DNA from: a virus
Strand: one strand, 5' to 3'
DNA: 64,000 nt
IMG/VR virus record: IMGVR_UViG_3300048579_000065
Below are positions 25,324 through 34,468 of this stretch, piece by piece. How positions within the stretch are numbered: the stretch's first letter is position 1; every line of letters begins with the position of its first letter. The notes under the pieces were generated by a model that was not told the origin of the DNA, did no database searches, and was given only the letters and a program-made list of their open reading frames with translations. The position numbers and the translations under genes are program-made.

Positions 25324-25552
25324 ATGATTTCATAGAGTTACCTGTTAGTCTTGTTTGTGTGCATCCATGTCCAGGCATGGACTGTTCTAACTCCAGGCTA
25401 GCCCTGTAGTCACATTGCTTTGAGCAAACAAAGCCTCCATAATAGTTAACCTTACATTGTTTACCATTAAAGTAAGCAAAACCACCTTGACTATAAGGTT
25501 TACCTTCCAATTCTTTTTTACAGGCTCGGCAAATAGCTTTAGAATTTTCCAT
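25301..25552 (-). CDS. Zn-binding hypothetical protein
   Basis: CRAC...VCS..C. Confidence 0.55.
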   Translation of the reverse strand: MENSKAICRACKKELEGKPYSQGGFAYFNGKQCKVNYYGGFVCSKQCDYRASLELEQSMPGHGCTQTRLTGNSMKSYERNWNE

Positions 25553-25763
25553 CTGATAACCACTTCTTTAGTTTTTCAATATTAAGTAAGGTGTCAGCAT
25601 AACCACCTTCAGCATCTATATATAAATACTTCTCTCCATTTGTGTCTGTGACCACCTTAAGACCATCAGCACACCATTCTATAAAATCTAAATCATGAGG
25701 AATGTCTTCCCATTTAGACCTTCTACAGAAATCTCTTTTCCCTTCTCCAAACAATATTGTCAT
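25539..25763 (-). CDS. hypothetical protein
   Basis: ORF track. Confidence 0.55.
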   Translation of the reverse strand: MTILFGEGKRDFCRRSKWEDIPHDLDFIEWCADGLKVVTDTNGEKYLYIDAEGGYADTLLNIEKLKKWLSDGKF

Positions 25764-26407
25764 TGTTTACCTTTCCTGAAGCTAAGCTTGTAATCAAAGC
25801 CGTGCTTTACTATCTTACTCTTATCACTCAATACTACCATAGGATTTTGTTTTTGGCACATGTTATTGCTTATATAAGTTTCAATTTCTTGAAAGGTTGT
25901 GTAAGCATCCTTTACTCTTTGAAATCCTAAATCTTTTAGCACCGGACACTTTACAACTACAACACCTTTCTTTCTACCAATCCGCTTAGCCTTAAACAAA
26001 AGCACTGGACAATCATACTTAATGTGAAGATCATGACAAGGAGTATTAATCCAATTATCCATCTCATGCCTATCCATCCAACCATAATAAGGATAATCAG
26101 GATTTTTTACTTTCTTATTTGTAAACTTTTCAAATCTTTCCACTAACTCTTCATAGGAAGAGCTAAATAAGTTTGGATCAGGTTTAGTAAGTAATCCTTC
26201 CTCCTGTCCATGAAGTGGATATATCTTTCCACAGAAGGCTAAATAAGTTACACAATAATAAAGTGAGTTTAATGTGTACTCATACAACCAATCTGTATTA
26301 AGCTCTCCTGGAACCTCTTCAGTATTTCTGACCCAAACAATATCCTCATCTTGGCCATATTGCATACCAATATCACAGTAATCTTTGAATTTTGATATTA
26401 TTCTCAT
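25760..26407 (-). CDS. conserved-looking phage hypothetical protein
   Basis: MRIISKFKDYCD...FCGKIYP...KHGFD..SFRK. Confidence 0.65.
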   Translation of the reverse strand: MRIISKFKDYCDIGMQYGQDEDIVWVRNTEEVPGELNTDWLYEYTLNSLYYCVTYLAFCGKIYPLHGQEEGLLTKPDPNLFSSSYEELVERFEKFTNKKVKNPDYPYYGWMDRHEMDNWINTPCHDLHIKYDCPVLLFKAKRIGRKKGVVVVKCPVLKDLGFQRVKDAYTTFQEIETYISNNMCQKQNPMVVLSDKSKIVKHGFDYKLSFRKGKQ

Positions 26408-26598
26408 ACAACTACCTTCTGTTCTTCCCATAATTGTAACTCTATAGCCTCAACTCTGTCAAGAGTTTTAGTCAAAGCTTCTGAAATTTCTCCTAAATCT
26501 TTTCTTAATTTAGCCTGCTCTTTCTTAAATAAGTTTCTCTTTTCATTAAGAGCATCAAGTCTAGCAGACCTAGCTAGGGCTGTTTTTATATCAACCAT
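26404..26598 (-). CDS. hypothetical coiled-coil protein
   Basis: ORF track. Confidence 0.55.
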   Translation of the reverse strand: MVDIKTALARSARLDALNEKRNLFKKEQAKLRKDLGEISEALTKTLDRVEAIELQLWEEQKVVV

Positions 26599-27341
26599 CA
26601 GTCTACAACCTCAATTTTCTTAAGACAATTTTCTATTTCATTAGCAAAGTCATTGAAGGTCCAGCCAGCATCATCATTAAGGTCTGACATTTGCTCATAC
26701 TTACCAATTCTCATGTCATCAAATCCAAAAAACTCTCTTGGAGTTTCTATATCATAAGGGTCACCCGATGCAAGCTTGTTTGTAAGTCCTGCTGCACACA
26801 ATCTATCACCTATTACAAACGAGTAGAAGCTTTGCTTAACCTTTGTCGTTCTAAATTCCTTAACTAACTTCTTACAATTAGCTACTTGCTTCTTAGTCAT
26901 CTTTGTAACTTTCTTGTTGTTTTCATCAATTAGCATTATTAATAACCTCTCAGCCAGTTTTCTTTGTTCAAAAGCAATCACATACTCTTGATCCTTAACT
27001 TTCTTATCAAACTCTTGCTTTCTCTTATCTTCAATAGCTTTCTGTTCTTTTGCTCTTTGTAAGTCTAGCCACAGCTTGGGATCAGAAGACTCTAAATACT
27101 CAAGAGGCACTTCCTTAGAATCAGTATAATCTTCAAATAGAGGTTCCTTCCTACCAACCTTAAATGTTACTGTTAGACTCTCTTTTTCAGGATTTAGTAT
27201 GGCTGACTCAATACCAATTGAATAGTAACAACCATTAGATACTATGTAGTTTCTAATTTTTTGCCTATGTTTGGCTAAAAGTTCTTCACCTTCAGATTTA
27301 ATAGTTTCCAAATAGTCTTTAAGCTTTTCTTTACTTTTCAT
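26598..27341 (-). CDS. hypothetical protein (possible fusion of two modules)
   Basis: ORF track; C-terminal CAAG...NDD..WTF..FA..IE. Confidence 0.6.
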   Translation of the reverse strand: MKSKEKLKDYLETIKSEGEELLAKHRQKIRNYIVSNGCYYSIGIESAILNPEKESLTVTFKVGRKEPLFEDYTDSKEVPLEYLESSDPKLWLDLQRAKEQKAIEDKRKQEFDKKVKDQEYVIAFEQRKLAERLLIMLIDENNKKVTKMTKKQVANCKKLVKEFRTTKVKQSFYSFVIGDRLCAAGLTNKLASGDPYDIETPREFFGFDDMRIGKYEQMSDLNDDAGWTFNDFANEIENCLKKIEVVD

Positions 27342-27485
27342 CTTTAGACTCCATTAATTTTTTAGCCTTCTCAGCAAGTCTATTAATATCATCTGCAAAA
27401 TCTATAATATCTTGTAGAGTCTCAATCCCACCAATAAGATTAGCATTGTGTATTTGTGCCTTTGCTTCCATGATCAGTTCATCAC

Positions 27486-27761
27486 TCATTTTCCTGCTCT
27501 CCTTTTAATAGTCTCAGCTAGGAAAGCATCAGCACAATCATAGGAGTATTTAGCCGCCTGAGCTTTATCAGGAAACCAACTATGGACTTGTGGATTAACA
27601 AACAATGAAAAGGCTAGCATTTCTCTTTTGTTTAGATGTAGGCCAACAGCCCCGCCTAGAAAACTCTCATTACCTAAATCTTGTACAGGATTAGAAGCCA
27701 AGGCTACTATACAGAAAACAAAAGGAACTAACATAAACAAGTAAATAAGTTTCTTCATCAA
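27486..27761 (-). CDS. hypothetical protein with signal or TM N-terminus
   Basis: MKKLIYLFMLV; Y..ADAFL motif. Confidence 0.55.
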   Translation of the reverse strand: MMKKLIYLFMLVPFVFCIVALASNPVQDLGNESFLGGAVGLHLNKREMLAFSLFVNPQVHSWFPDKAQAAKYSYDCADAFLAETIKRRAGK

Positions 27762-27946
27762 ACTCCTCCATAAGGTATTAGATTAAGTATTTGTTCTACA
27801 CTTTCCTTAACAAAGTATTCATGTTCATTATCCATAACTAAGACTGTTACACCTTCTTGTCCAAAAGAGCTAAAAGATGTAATATGCCTTGGATTTATGT
27901 AGATTTTTCTATCTATCCTAGCAAGACTTAATTCAATAAAATTCAT
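27758..27946 (-). CDS. FlbD-like small protein
   Basis: IYINP.HI......T.L.M.....VKESVEQI. Confidence 0.5.
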   Translation of the reverse strand: MNFIELSLARIDRKIYINPRHITSFSSFGQEGVTVLVMDNEHEYFVKESVEQILNLIPYGGV

Positions 27947-28203
27947 AAGTCTCTCCTTAATTCATCAAATAAATCTGACATAGTTTTAATATCACACTCA
28001 TGCCTAACATCTTGCTGAGCCTGATAATCAAGCTCTCTTCTAATATCTCTAAGCATAACCTCCTTAGTTAATTTTGTCAAGCTTTCTTTATGTTTCTTAA
28101 CAATCTCACATATAGTACTTACAGTATAAGTATGTCTAGGCAAAACATACCTTAAAGCACAGATGCACAAGTCATTTAAGTCTAGGTTGTTTACTTCTAC
28201 CAT
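27943..28203 (-). CDS. hypothetical protein
   Basis: CALRY.L.R.TY pattern. Confidence 0.6.
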   Translation of the reverse strand: MVEVNNLDLNDLCICALRYVLPRHTYTVSTICEIVKKHKESLTKLTKEVMLRDIRRELDYQAQQDVRHECDIKTMSDLFDELRRDL

Positions 28204-28211
28204 TACTTACC

Positions 28212-28640
28212 TCACTTAACTTGAAACACAGTGTAGCCATGCTCTCTAAGATGTTGCACTATTTCAGGATTATCTTCTAGAACAAGAATGGCTCCATAAT
28301 CTTTTAGCCACTTATGATTATCTATTTCCCAAAGTTTGAAGTCTTTGGCAGGCCTTTCATCATCATCATGGGCTAAGATTAAATCAGAATAATGTATTTC
28401 CGTTTTCTTAAGCCAAGCTTCAGTAACTTCTCTATCAAACTCATGTCTAGCAGTAAGTATAACAATCATATTATTGTTATTATTTAGAGATTCAATTGTT
28501 TCACAAGTTTGCCAAATTAGCTTATCTGTCATCACAGCTTCCATGCTGTGAATATCATTTAAGTCTCCTGTTTCTTTGTATTTAGCCCATCTTGCATCAT
28601 TATTAGCCAAGGTGTTATCTAAGTCACAGAATACTAACAT
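28212..28640 (-). CDS. HAD-family phosphatase (PNKP 3'-phosphatase-like)
   Basis: DLDNTL motif I, LTAR motif II, RP..DFK, LEDN motif IV. Confidence 0.85.
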   Translation of the reverse strand: MLVFCDLDNTLANNDARWAKYKETGDLNDIHSMEAVMTDKLIWQTCETIESLNNNNNMIVILTARHEFDREVTEAWLKKTEIHYSDLILAHDDDERPAKDFKLWEIDNHKWLKDYGAILVLEDNPEIVQHLREHGYTVFQVK

Positions 28641-28784
28641 TGTTACTTACCTCTAAATTGTTCAAATAAAGCCCAGCTAATAAACCCACACACTATTATA
28701 GGCCAAATAGCTACTTTTAGCCACAGTAAGGCACACCCAGCTAAGAGATTTAAGTAAACTTGATCATTCATTACACTAAAATAC

Positions 28785-29117
28785 CTAAACTATCTCCACC
28801 ATACTTACTATCACAATTTCCTCTATCTTGTATCTCCATACTTTTATGTCAGCCATCTGTAGCTTCTCTATTAGCCCCACCATTGCATTTTGCAGTACAT
28901 AGCGCTGACTATGATGGCCTGTACAGAAAGTATCATTCTTGCTTCTCTCAGGTGTGTCTGCTGACCTTTTCTGCATAAGCAGATTAGCAACCTTGAAAGG
29001 TACAGCAGCATCAGCACAAATCTCCTTAAACTTATCTAAGTCGGAATCAAATAGGGGACAAACTGTAATATGTGATTCATACAATTTACTCATACTTGTC
29101 TTTCTCTTTTTACACAA
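28785..29117 (-). CDS. hypothetical protein
   Basis: ORF track. Confidence 0.55.
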   Translation of the reverse strand: MCKKRKTSMSKLYESHITVCPLFDSDLDKFKEICADAAVPFKVANLLMQKRSADTPERSKNDTFCTGHHSQRYVLQNAMVGLIEKLQMADIKVWRYKIEEIVIVSMVEIV

Positions 29118-29731
29118 AAGGGTTTAGTTGACAGAATCTGATCTAGTGTCCAACCTTTGTTGTACCTTCTATAAACTGTTCTTCTACTCACGTTCTTAAC
29201 ATACTTTTTAATAAAGTCTTCCATGCACATTTCCTTGTCTTTATATACAATATTAATATTTCTACTAGTATTTCTTAATTGTTCTTTTCTAGTAGCCCAT
29301 CTACAATTAGAAGGCTCATAATTGCCGTCATTATTGATTCTATCAAGTTGCAACTTATTACCGTAGTTATTTGATAACGCCCATTCAATAAACAAAGATA
29401 ATCCAGATATTGGATTAAGCCACTCATCACAAACTTTAATACCTCTAGCTCCATAAATTCTATAATTTGGGCACTTGCTGTTGTTGCAACGTTGAATTAT
29501 ACCATTTCTTATATTTTTCAATCTTATCTTATCTTTTCTTAATGCTCCATTACAACCACAAGATTTTATTTCACCAGAAATGAGATCATTTTTTCTTATC
29601 CTTCTCAATTCACCACAAGAACATTTACATAAGTAGTAACTTTCTCTATGCTTTCCACTATATGATTTTTCTATTACAGTAAATTCATTAAAAACTTGGT
29701 TTGGAAGTAATTTTTCTCCCCTAATTACCAT
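29090..29731 (-). CDS. HNH-like homing endonuclease
   Basis: CKCSCG; YGARGIKVCDEW; LDRINNDGNYEPSNCRWAT. Confidence 0.8.
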   Translation of the reverse strand: MVIRGEKLLPNQVFNEFTVIEKSYSGKHRESYYLCKCSCGELRRIRKNDLISGEIKSCGCNGALRKDKIRLKNIRNGIIQRCNNSKCPNYRIYGARGIKVCDEWLNPISGLSLFIEWALSNNYGNKLQLDRINNDGNYEPSNCRWATRKEQLRNTSRNINIVYKDKEMCMEDFIKKYVKNVSRRTVYRRYNKGWTLDQILSTKPFCVKRERQV

Positions 29732-29958
29732 TTGTGTACTCCTATTTCAATCTGTTGGCTAAGTCTAACATTTACTTCATTACAATTCATTTGCTCTCCA
29801 AGTGACTGTATGGCCAGGGCTAGAGCATTAAAGTACAAAATTGAGTAAGGTAATCCTTCTGCAATGAAATTACCATCTCTATAAAACTGAGCTTTCACAG
29901 TGCAATCATAGGGTTCTTTACTTTCAGTGTAAATGAACTTGACTTCATTATGTAACAT
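29725..29958 (-). CDS. hypothetical protein
   Basis: ORF track. Confidence 0.5.
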   Translation of the reverse strand: MLHNEVKFIYTESKEPYDCTVKAQFYRDGNFIAEGLPYSILYFNALALAIQSLGEQMNCNEVNVRLSQQIEIGVHKW

Positions 29959-30126
29959 ATTACAAATACCATTTTAGACTATCAGACATTTCCTTAAAGT
30001 CTTGTAAGAAGTCCTCATCTAACATATTAAAGTCCTCCTCAATACTATTTAGTATATTGATAACAGCGTTTATTCTACCTTTAAGCTCATGTATATTCCA
30101 TTCATTTATATCATCATAACTTTCCA

Positions 30127-30732
30127 TTATACACTCCTAATCTTTTGGTAAAACTCTTCATACTTACTGTTTTGAAAGTCCTGATCCCACTCATAACCAG
30201 GACCATGTTCATCATACAAGTATTTTCTTTGTTGAAAATTATAACTCATTAACTCTCTAAACTCAAGTAAAATCTCAGCCTTACGCCTTTTAATCTTCAA
30301 GTATGGTAACAGTTTCTCAAGAGCTTTGCCTGCTGCATCACAATGAGCATAGTATGTGTAATGATAGTCACGAATAGTACTGTAGGACTTTGTTTTAGAG
30401 ACTTCACCTACTACCAAAATCCTTTTAATGATTTCTGGAATGTCTTGGTTTACAGATGTCACTATGAATCTAGCCATGTAATGCTCATGCTTAGATGTGC
30501 TTGTGGCACCCTTTTTAAGTTTAGTGATTGTTATAGATGAGGCTCTATCAACTAGCCCGGCAATGTAAGCTAGCTCTACTTTTTCGGCTAGAACATCCAA
30601 AACTCTATGATAGTGCTTATTCCTTTTACCTTTCTCAAGGTTGTAAATGTCACGTCTATGTACTCCAGAACGCTTAGAAAGCTCTGCTGTACTAAGCTTA
30701 CAAGATTCTCTAATCTCTTTAAGTATTGTCAA
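30127..30732 (-). CDS. XRE-HTH fused to a degenerate LAGLIDADG domain
   Basis: LKEIRE...STAELSKRSGV....I..LEKG; LAYIAGLVDRASSI; LEKLLPYLKIKR..AEI. Confidence 0.75.
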   Translation of the reverse strand: MTILKEIRESCKLSTAELSKRSGVHRRDIYNLEKGKRNKHYHRVLDVLAEKVELAYIAGLVDRASSITITKLKKGATSTSKHEHYMARFIVTSVNQDIPEIIKRILVVGEVSKTKSYSTIRDYHYTYYAHCDAAGKALEKLLPYLKIKRRKAEILLEFRELMSYNFQQRKYLYDEHGPGYEWDQDFQNSKYEEFYQKIRSV

Positions 30733-31054
30733 CTGCTAATTCCTTTGGTAGATGCTTTTTAATGTAACATACATCACTAGCTTTGGCTACTAATTTCTCC
30801 CCTGTTTTTGGTGTTATGACTATGACTTCATTTCCTAAAATCTGATGCAGATGCCACCAACAGCCCTTTTTAGCCCAAGAAAGGTGTACTCCTTTTCCTA
30901 TAAAGTCTGGCAGTAAATAATCAGGAATTTGTATCATTCCAGCCATGCTTGTCATTCTCCCCCACTTGTATGTCTCTAAACATTTTCTTAAGATTGTCCA
31001 AATGAAATTTTTCTGGATGTTCCACATAAGTATTTCCAAGCTTAGGTCTAGCAA
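30719..31054 (-). CDS. hypothetical protein (start uncertain)
   Basis: ORF track; 5' part overlaps its neighbour. Confidence 0.45.
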   Translation of the reverse strand: MLDLSLEILMWNIQKNFIWTILRKCLETYKWGRMTSMAGMIQIPDYLLPDFIGKGVHLSWAKKGCWWHLHQILGNEVIVITPKTGEKLVAKASDVCYIKKHLPKELAVDNT

Positions 31055-31102
31055 AGATCCTAGTATTAATCTTGGCTAATTCTCTAAGCTTTTCTAAAGT
31101 TG

Positions 31103-31315
31103 TTAAAGGTCTCTGCATTTTATCCTCTTAAGCTTTGCTGTACTCATATGATGATGTCTCATTTCTTCACCCAAATGACTGTCAGCATGTAATTCTAACA
31201 TTCTTCTATGTGGATTGCAAGCTACTTCATCATACAGACAGTCATCTGTATAGATTCTAAGATAGCACGTCCGGCTAGAACATACAAAGCATTCATCAGA
31301 TCTCTTATGCTTCAT
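31103..31315 (-). CDS. Cys/His-rich hypothetical protein
   Basis: CFVC..R.C...C..H. Confidence 0.5.
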   Translation of the reverse strand: MKHKRSDECFVCSSRTCYLRIYTDDCLYDEVACNPHRRMLELHADSHLGEEMRHHHMSTAKLKRIKCRDL

Positions 31316-32018
31316 GTACTAGATTAACCAAATCATTTATGTAATCATGGTCTTTGGAAAACTCAGGTATTTCATAGTCAGTACCATAATCTGAATCTGT
31401 CTTATAGGCAAATCCTCTTTTCTTCCATGTTGGCTCATGGTTCCAATTAAGATTATGTTCACTAAATAACTTTTCTTGTATTTGGCTATTGTTTAATCCT
31501 TGCATGTTCTTGTGCTTTATTAGGCTTTGTCCATACATTTGTATGCTATTTCTTGTAGCATCCTTTTGTCTCCACAGGAAATAGTTATTTACATCTTCTT
31601 TTGGTACATTAAACACTCTAGCATCAAAGAAAGCAACTTTTCTCTTAAGAGGTAAATAAATGTTAGCATAATTATTAAAGAAGCCTGTAGCCATGCTAGC
31701 AGCCACAGATGCTATTTTCTGTACATTACCATCGAACCATTGCTCAGTCTCAAGTTTCTTATAATCTATGAGTAGCAATGAGATTTCATCACTTTGGCTA
31801 TAACCAAATACACAGTTTTGTATCTCATCACAAAGAGCTTGTAAAGTTGTGCTCATAACAATCTTAAGTCTCTCATCATAAGGTTTCTCAAGACCTTTAG
31901 TCCAAGAATGAAATGCCTTACCATCAATTCTTATGACTACTGGTGTTCGGCGCTGTAACCATCCTTCAGTTACAAGCTCCATCCTTTTGAATCTATCACC
32001 CATTGAATCTTTAGTCAT
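31305..32018 (-). CDS. thg1: tRNA(His) guanylyltransferase / Thg1-like 3'-5' polymerase
   Basis: IRIDGKAFH, GYSQSDEISL, FDG..QKI.S..AS, FDARVF, YF.WRQ.DA.RNS. Confidence 0.93.
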   Translation of the reverse strand: MTKDSMGDRFKRMELVTEGWLQRRTPVVIRIDGKAFHSWTKGLEKPYDERLKIVMSTTLQALCDEIQNCVFGYSQSDEISLLLIDYKKLETEQWFDGNVQKIASVAASMATGFFNNYANIYLPLKRKVAFFDARVFNVPKEDVNNYFLWRQKDATRNSIQMYGQSLIKHKNMQGLNNSQIQEKLFSEHNLNWNHEPTWKKRGFAYKTDSDYGTDYEIPEFSKDHDYINDLVNLVHEA

Positions 32019-32241
32019 CTACCAACACCACATAATCTACAAACTTCCTAACCTCCTTGGCCACCTGCTCTGAATCCTCCATTTGAGATCTTAGTGTCCA
32101 ATAAGCATTAGAGTTGGGCAAAACCTTCTCTATTACTTTTAGCTCCTTCCTGAGATGGTCTGTCCAACACTCAAGACTACAGACTACATTAATCCAGTAT
32201 GACTTTGTTAGTTCTAGTGTATGTTTTTTATTATTTAACAT
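32011..32241 (-). CDS. hypothetical protein
   Basis: GGAGG RBS. Confidence 0.55.
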   Translation of the reverse strand: MLNNKKHTLELTKSYWINVVCSLECWTDHLRKELKVIEKVLPNSNAYWTLRSQMEDSEQVAKEVRKFVDYVVLVDD

Positions 32242-32341
32242 CTTTCCTCCAATATAGTAATATTATAGGCCATCATTTAGTAATTTGTCAATAGCATCTC
32301 TAACATCTAGAGTGGATCTATGGGGATGACTGAAAATTTAT

Positions 32342-32623
32342 TCATCTACTTCTCCAAATCCTTTGTTTAGCATCGGCCTTAAACCACATTTCAGGGTCTT
32401 CTACTTCTATTGGGCATAAGTACACATTGGCTGTATAGCAAAGGTCATAAAGTTCTTCATAAAATCCAGCCTGGTAACACATACCAATCCTGTCATCAAT
32501 CCTGCATAAGTCACCTTTATCTATTATTTCATAGTGTGAAGAAATTGTGATCTCTTCTCTATTGTTCTTTTCAGTTAAGAAACCATTTATAGTCCAAGAA
32601 CCATCAGGAATGTTAACAATCAT
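32342..32623 (-). CDS. hypothetical protein
   Basis: ORF track. Confidence 0.55.
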   Translation of the reverse strand: MIVNIPDGSWTINGFLTEKNNREEITISSHYEIIDKGDLCRIDDRIGMCYQAGFYEELYDLCYTANVYLCPIEVEDPEMWFKADAKQRIWRSR

Positions 32624-32707
32624 TATAGCACCTTAATAAATAGAATAGTTAACACTATTCCAAGACAGAAACCACCTAAATACCATGTAAAATAAGTTAT
32701 AACTTGT

Positions 32708-33020
32708 TTAACCATAAAGAAACTTTACAAACTCTTCTCTAATAGTTGACCACTTACTTTTAATCTCTTTGTTTACATCATGGTATTGTTCAACATTTCT
32801 CATATCAAAGGTTTGTAGAGCTTGTAGAACAAGGTTCCATACACATTTGGACCTCTTAGCCTAAAACTCTAGTGAATGCAACATTCTTAGCCCAAAGGTG
32901 TACTCCATAATTTCCTATATCACCTGTTCCGGTAGCATCGTTGGCTATTTCCATCCTACCAATAACAACAGACTTATCTTCATCACCTTTCGGCCATAAT
33001 TCAACCTTCACTACTAGCAT
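32708..33020 (-). pseudogene. frameshifted small phage gene (not in ORF track)
   Basis: MLVVKVELWPKGD...IANDATGTGDIGNY...TRVLG* continues in another frame as KRSKCVWNLVLQAL...; span is 3n+1. Confidence 0.4.
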
Positions 33021-33823
33021 TAGTAATTCCTCAACAGCAACTCTTTACCTTCATTTTGGCTAGAACCATAAGAGATTTGATACTCTTCAAACTTCCAATC
33101 CTTATACAGTTCTCTTATCTCTCTACAGTCATTATAGGTTATAAGAACCCTACTGTCAATCTTATTTAATCTCTCAGCCAATAGCTTATGGTCAAAATTC
33201 TTATGGTCTTTGTAAAGAGTTGGAGTCTTAAATCCTTCTGACTGGCAGTAGGGAGGATCACAGAAAATAAAATCTCTTCTATTAGGAAACATACTTATAT
33301 TTCGATAGTAGTCTTGACAGAAAATAGCTGGAGAATTGTCAGGATCAAAAACATTCTTGAAATTCAATAATTCATCTATTCCAGCTTTAGTGAATCTATC
33401 TCCACCATTAAACCCACCAAACATCCCTGTCCCACTAAAACTACACCTGTTTATTAGGTAGTACATAGCAGCTCTTTGAGCATGATAGGGCTTATAATGT
33501 TCTGATACTATTGCCTCTTTCACTCTATAGAAGAAAAGTTTGAGTTCTTCCCTTGTTAGATTTTCAAGCCACTCTCTACAAATATGAACAACATGTTCAT
33601 TAGTCTTTTCAGACCTTATTTGGTTAAAGAAATTAACTAATTGCTCTTCAAAATCACTGAAAACACAGAAACTTGGTTTCTTTTCTTTATAAACATTAAG
33701 TCCAACACATAATGATCCCATAAAAGGCTCTCTGTAAGTGTTAATATTATTTGGTATTAGAGGCATTATGTATTTTAGTGCTCTTGTTTTAGAGCCTATG
33801 TATCTTAATGGAGATTTTAACAT
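33020..33823 (-). CDS. DNA adenine methyltransferase (Dam/D12 class), orphan
   Basis: PLRYIGSK, YREPFMGS, AAMYYLINR..FSG, FIFCDPPY, ITYND, GKELL..NY. Confidence 0.9.
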   Translation of the reverse strand: MLKSPLRYIGSKTRALKYIMPLIPNNINTYREPFMGSLCVGLNVYKEKKPSFCVFSDFEEQLVNFFNQIRSEKTNEHVVHICREWLENLTREELKLFFYRVKEAIVSEHYKPYHAQRAAMYYLINRCSFSGTGMFGGFNGGDRFTKAGIDELLNFKNVFDPDNSPAIFCQDYYRNISMFPNRRDFIFCDPPYCQSEGFKTPTLYKDHKNFDHKLLAERLNKIDSRVLITYNDCREIRELYKDWKFEEYQISYGSSQNEGKELLLRNY

Positions 33824-34029
33824 TACCTTGTCCTCTCCACTAACACACTATGTTTTGGTTTAACATAAACTACCACATAGGGTTCTAGGAAATCACCAAA
33901 GACTTCCTTTCTCAGGTGCTGTAAGCAGTCTATACTAAATGCTGCATTTAGCCAATCAATGGTGCCAAACTTCAATGAATCTCTCTTTGTTCTATATTCT
34001 AGAATCTTCCTGTCTAGTATTTCAATCAT
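33823..34029 (-). CDS. hypothetical protein
   Basis: ORF track. Confidence 0.5.
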   Translation of the reverse strand: MIEILDRKILEYRTKRDSLKFGTIDWLNAAFSIDCLQHLRKEVFGDFLEPYVVVYVKPKHSVLVERTR

Positions 34030-34468
34030 TGATAAGATCCTTTATGGAGTTGAGTTTAGCCCTCATTGATTCATTCTCAGCCTTAATCCTAGACATAAAA
34101 GACTCATCATTTTGATTAAGGATGTGTTGTAGCAGGCCATTTGTATGATCTACACTAGACTGAACCATACCCCACAATTCACTTTTAGGTGTGTGGACAT
34201 CAAGCACCTTCAATACTTCTCTAAATAGAGATTTGGCTACTATCATCCTCCTGTCCCAATCTAATTCTTGAAGTTTGGCCAAAAAGTCTACATAAAATTC
34301 CTTTTCAATTAAATTTAATTGTTTAGGATTCACTTTCTTAGCTGTTTCAGGTATAGATTCTATTTTACTTGTATCTAGAAGGTCTTCAAGACTTCCATCA
34401 TTAACCAAAACCTCATTATTTTCATTTAGGATTGGTCCTATTGGTATCTGTTGGTTTTTTAGGAACAT
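34022..34468 (-). CDS. hypothetical protein
   Basis: ORF track. Confidence 0.6.
   Translation of the reverse strand: MFLKNQQIPIGPILNENNEVLVNDGSLEDLLDTSKIESIPETAKKVNPKQLNLIEKEFYVDFLAKLQELDWDRRMIVAKSLFREVLKVLDVHTPKSELWGMVQSSVDHTNGLLQHILNQNDESFMSRIKAENESMRAKLNSIKDLIND

Noticed and set aside
34422-34468. Frameshift joining 34422..35015 and 34022..34468
   Set aside because: A6 runs are present in the overlap, but there is no motif continuity to support a fusion, and the downstream ORF has its own ATG.
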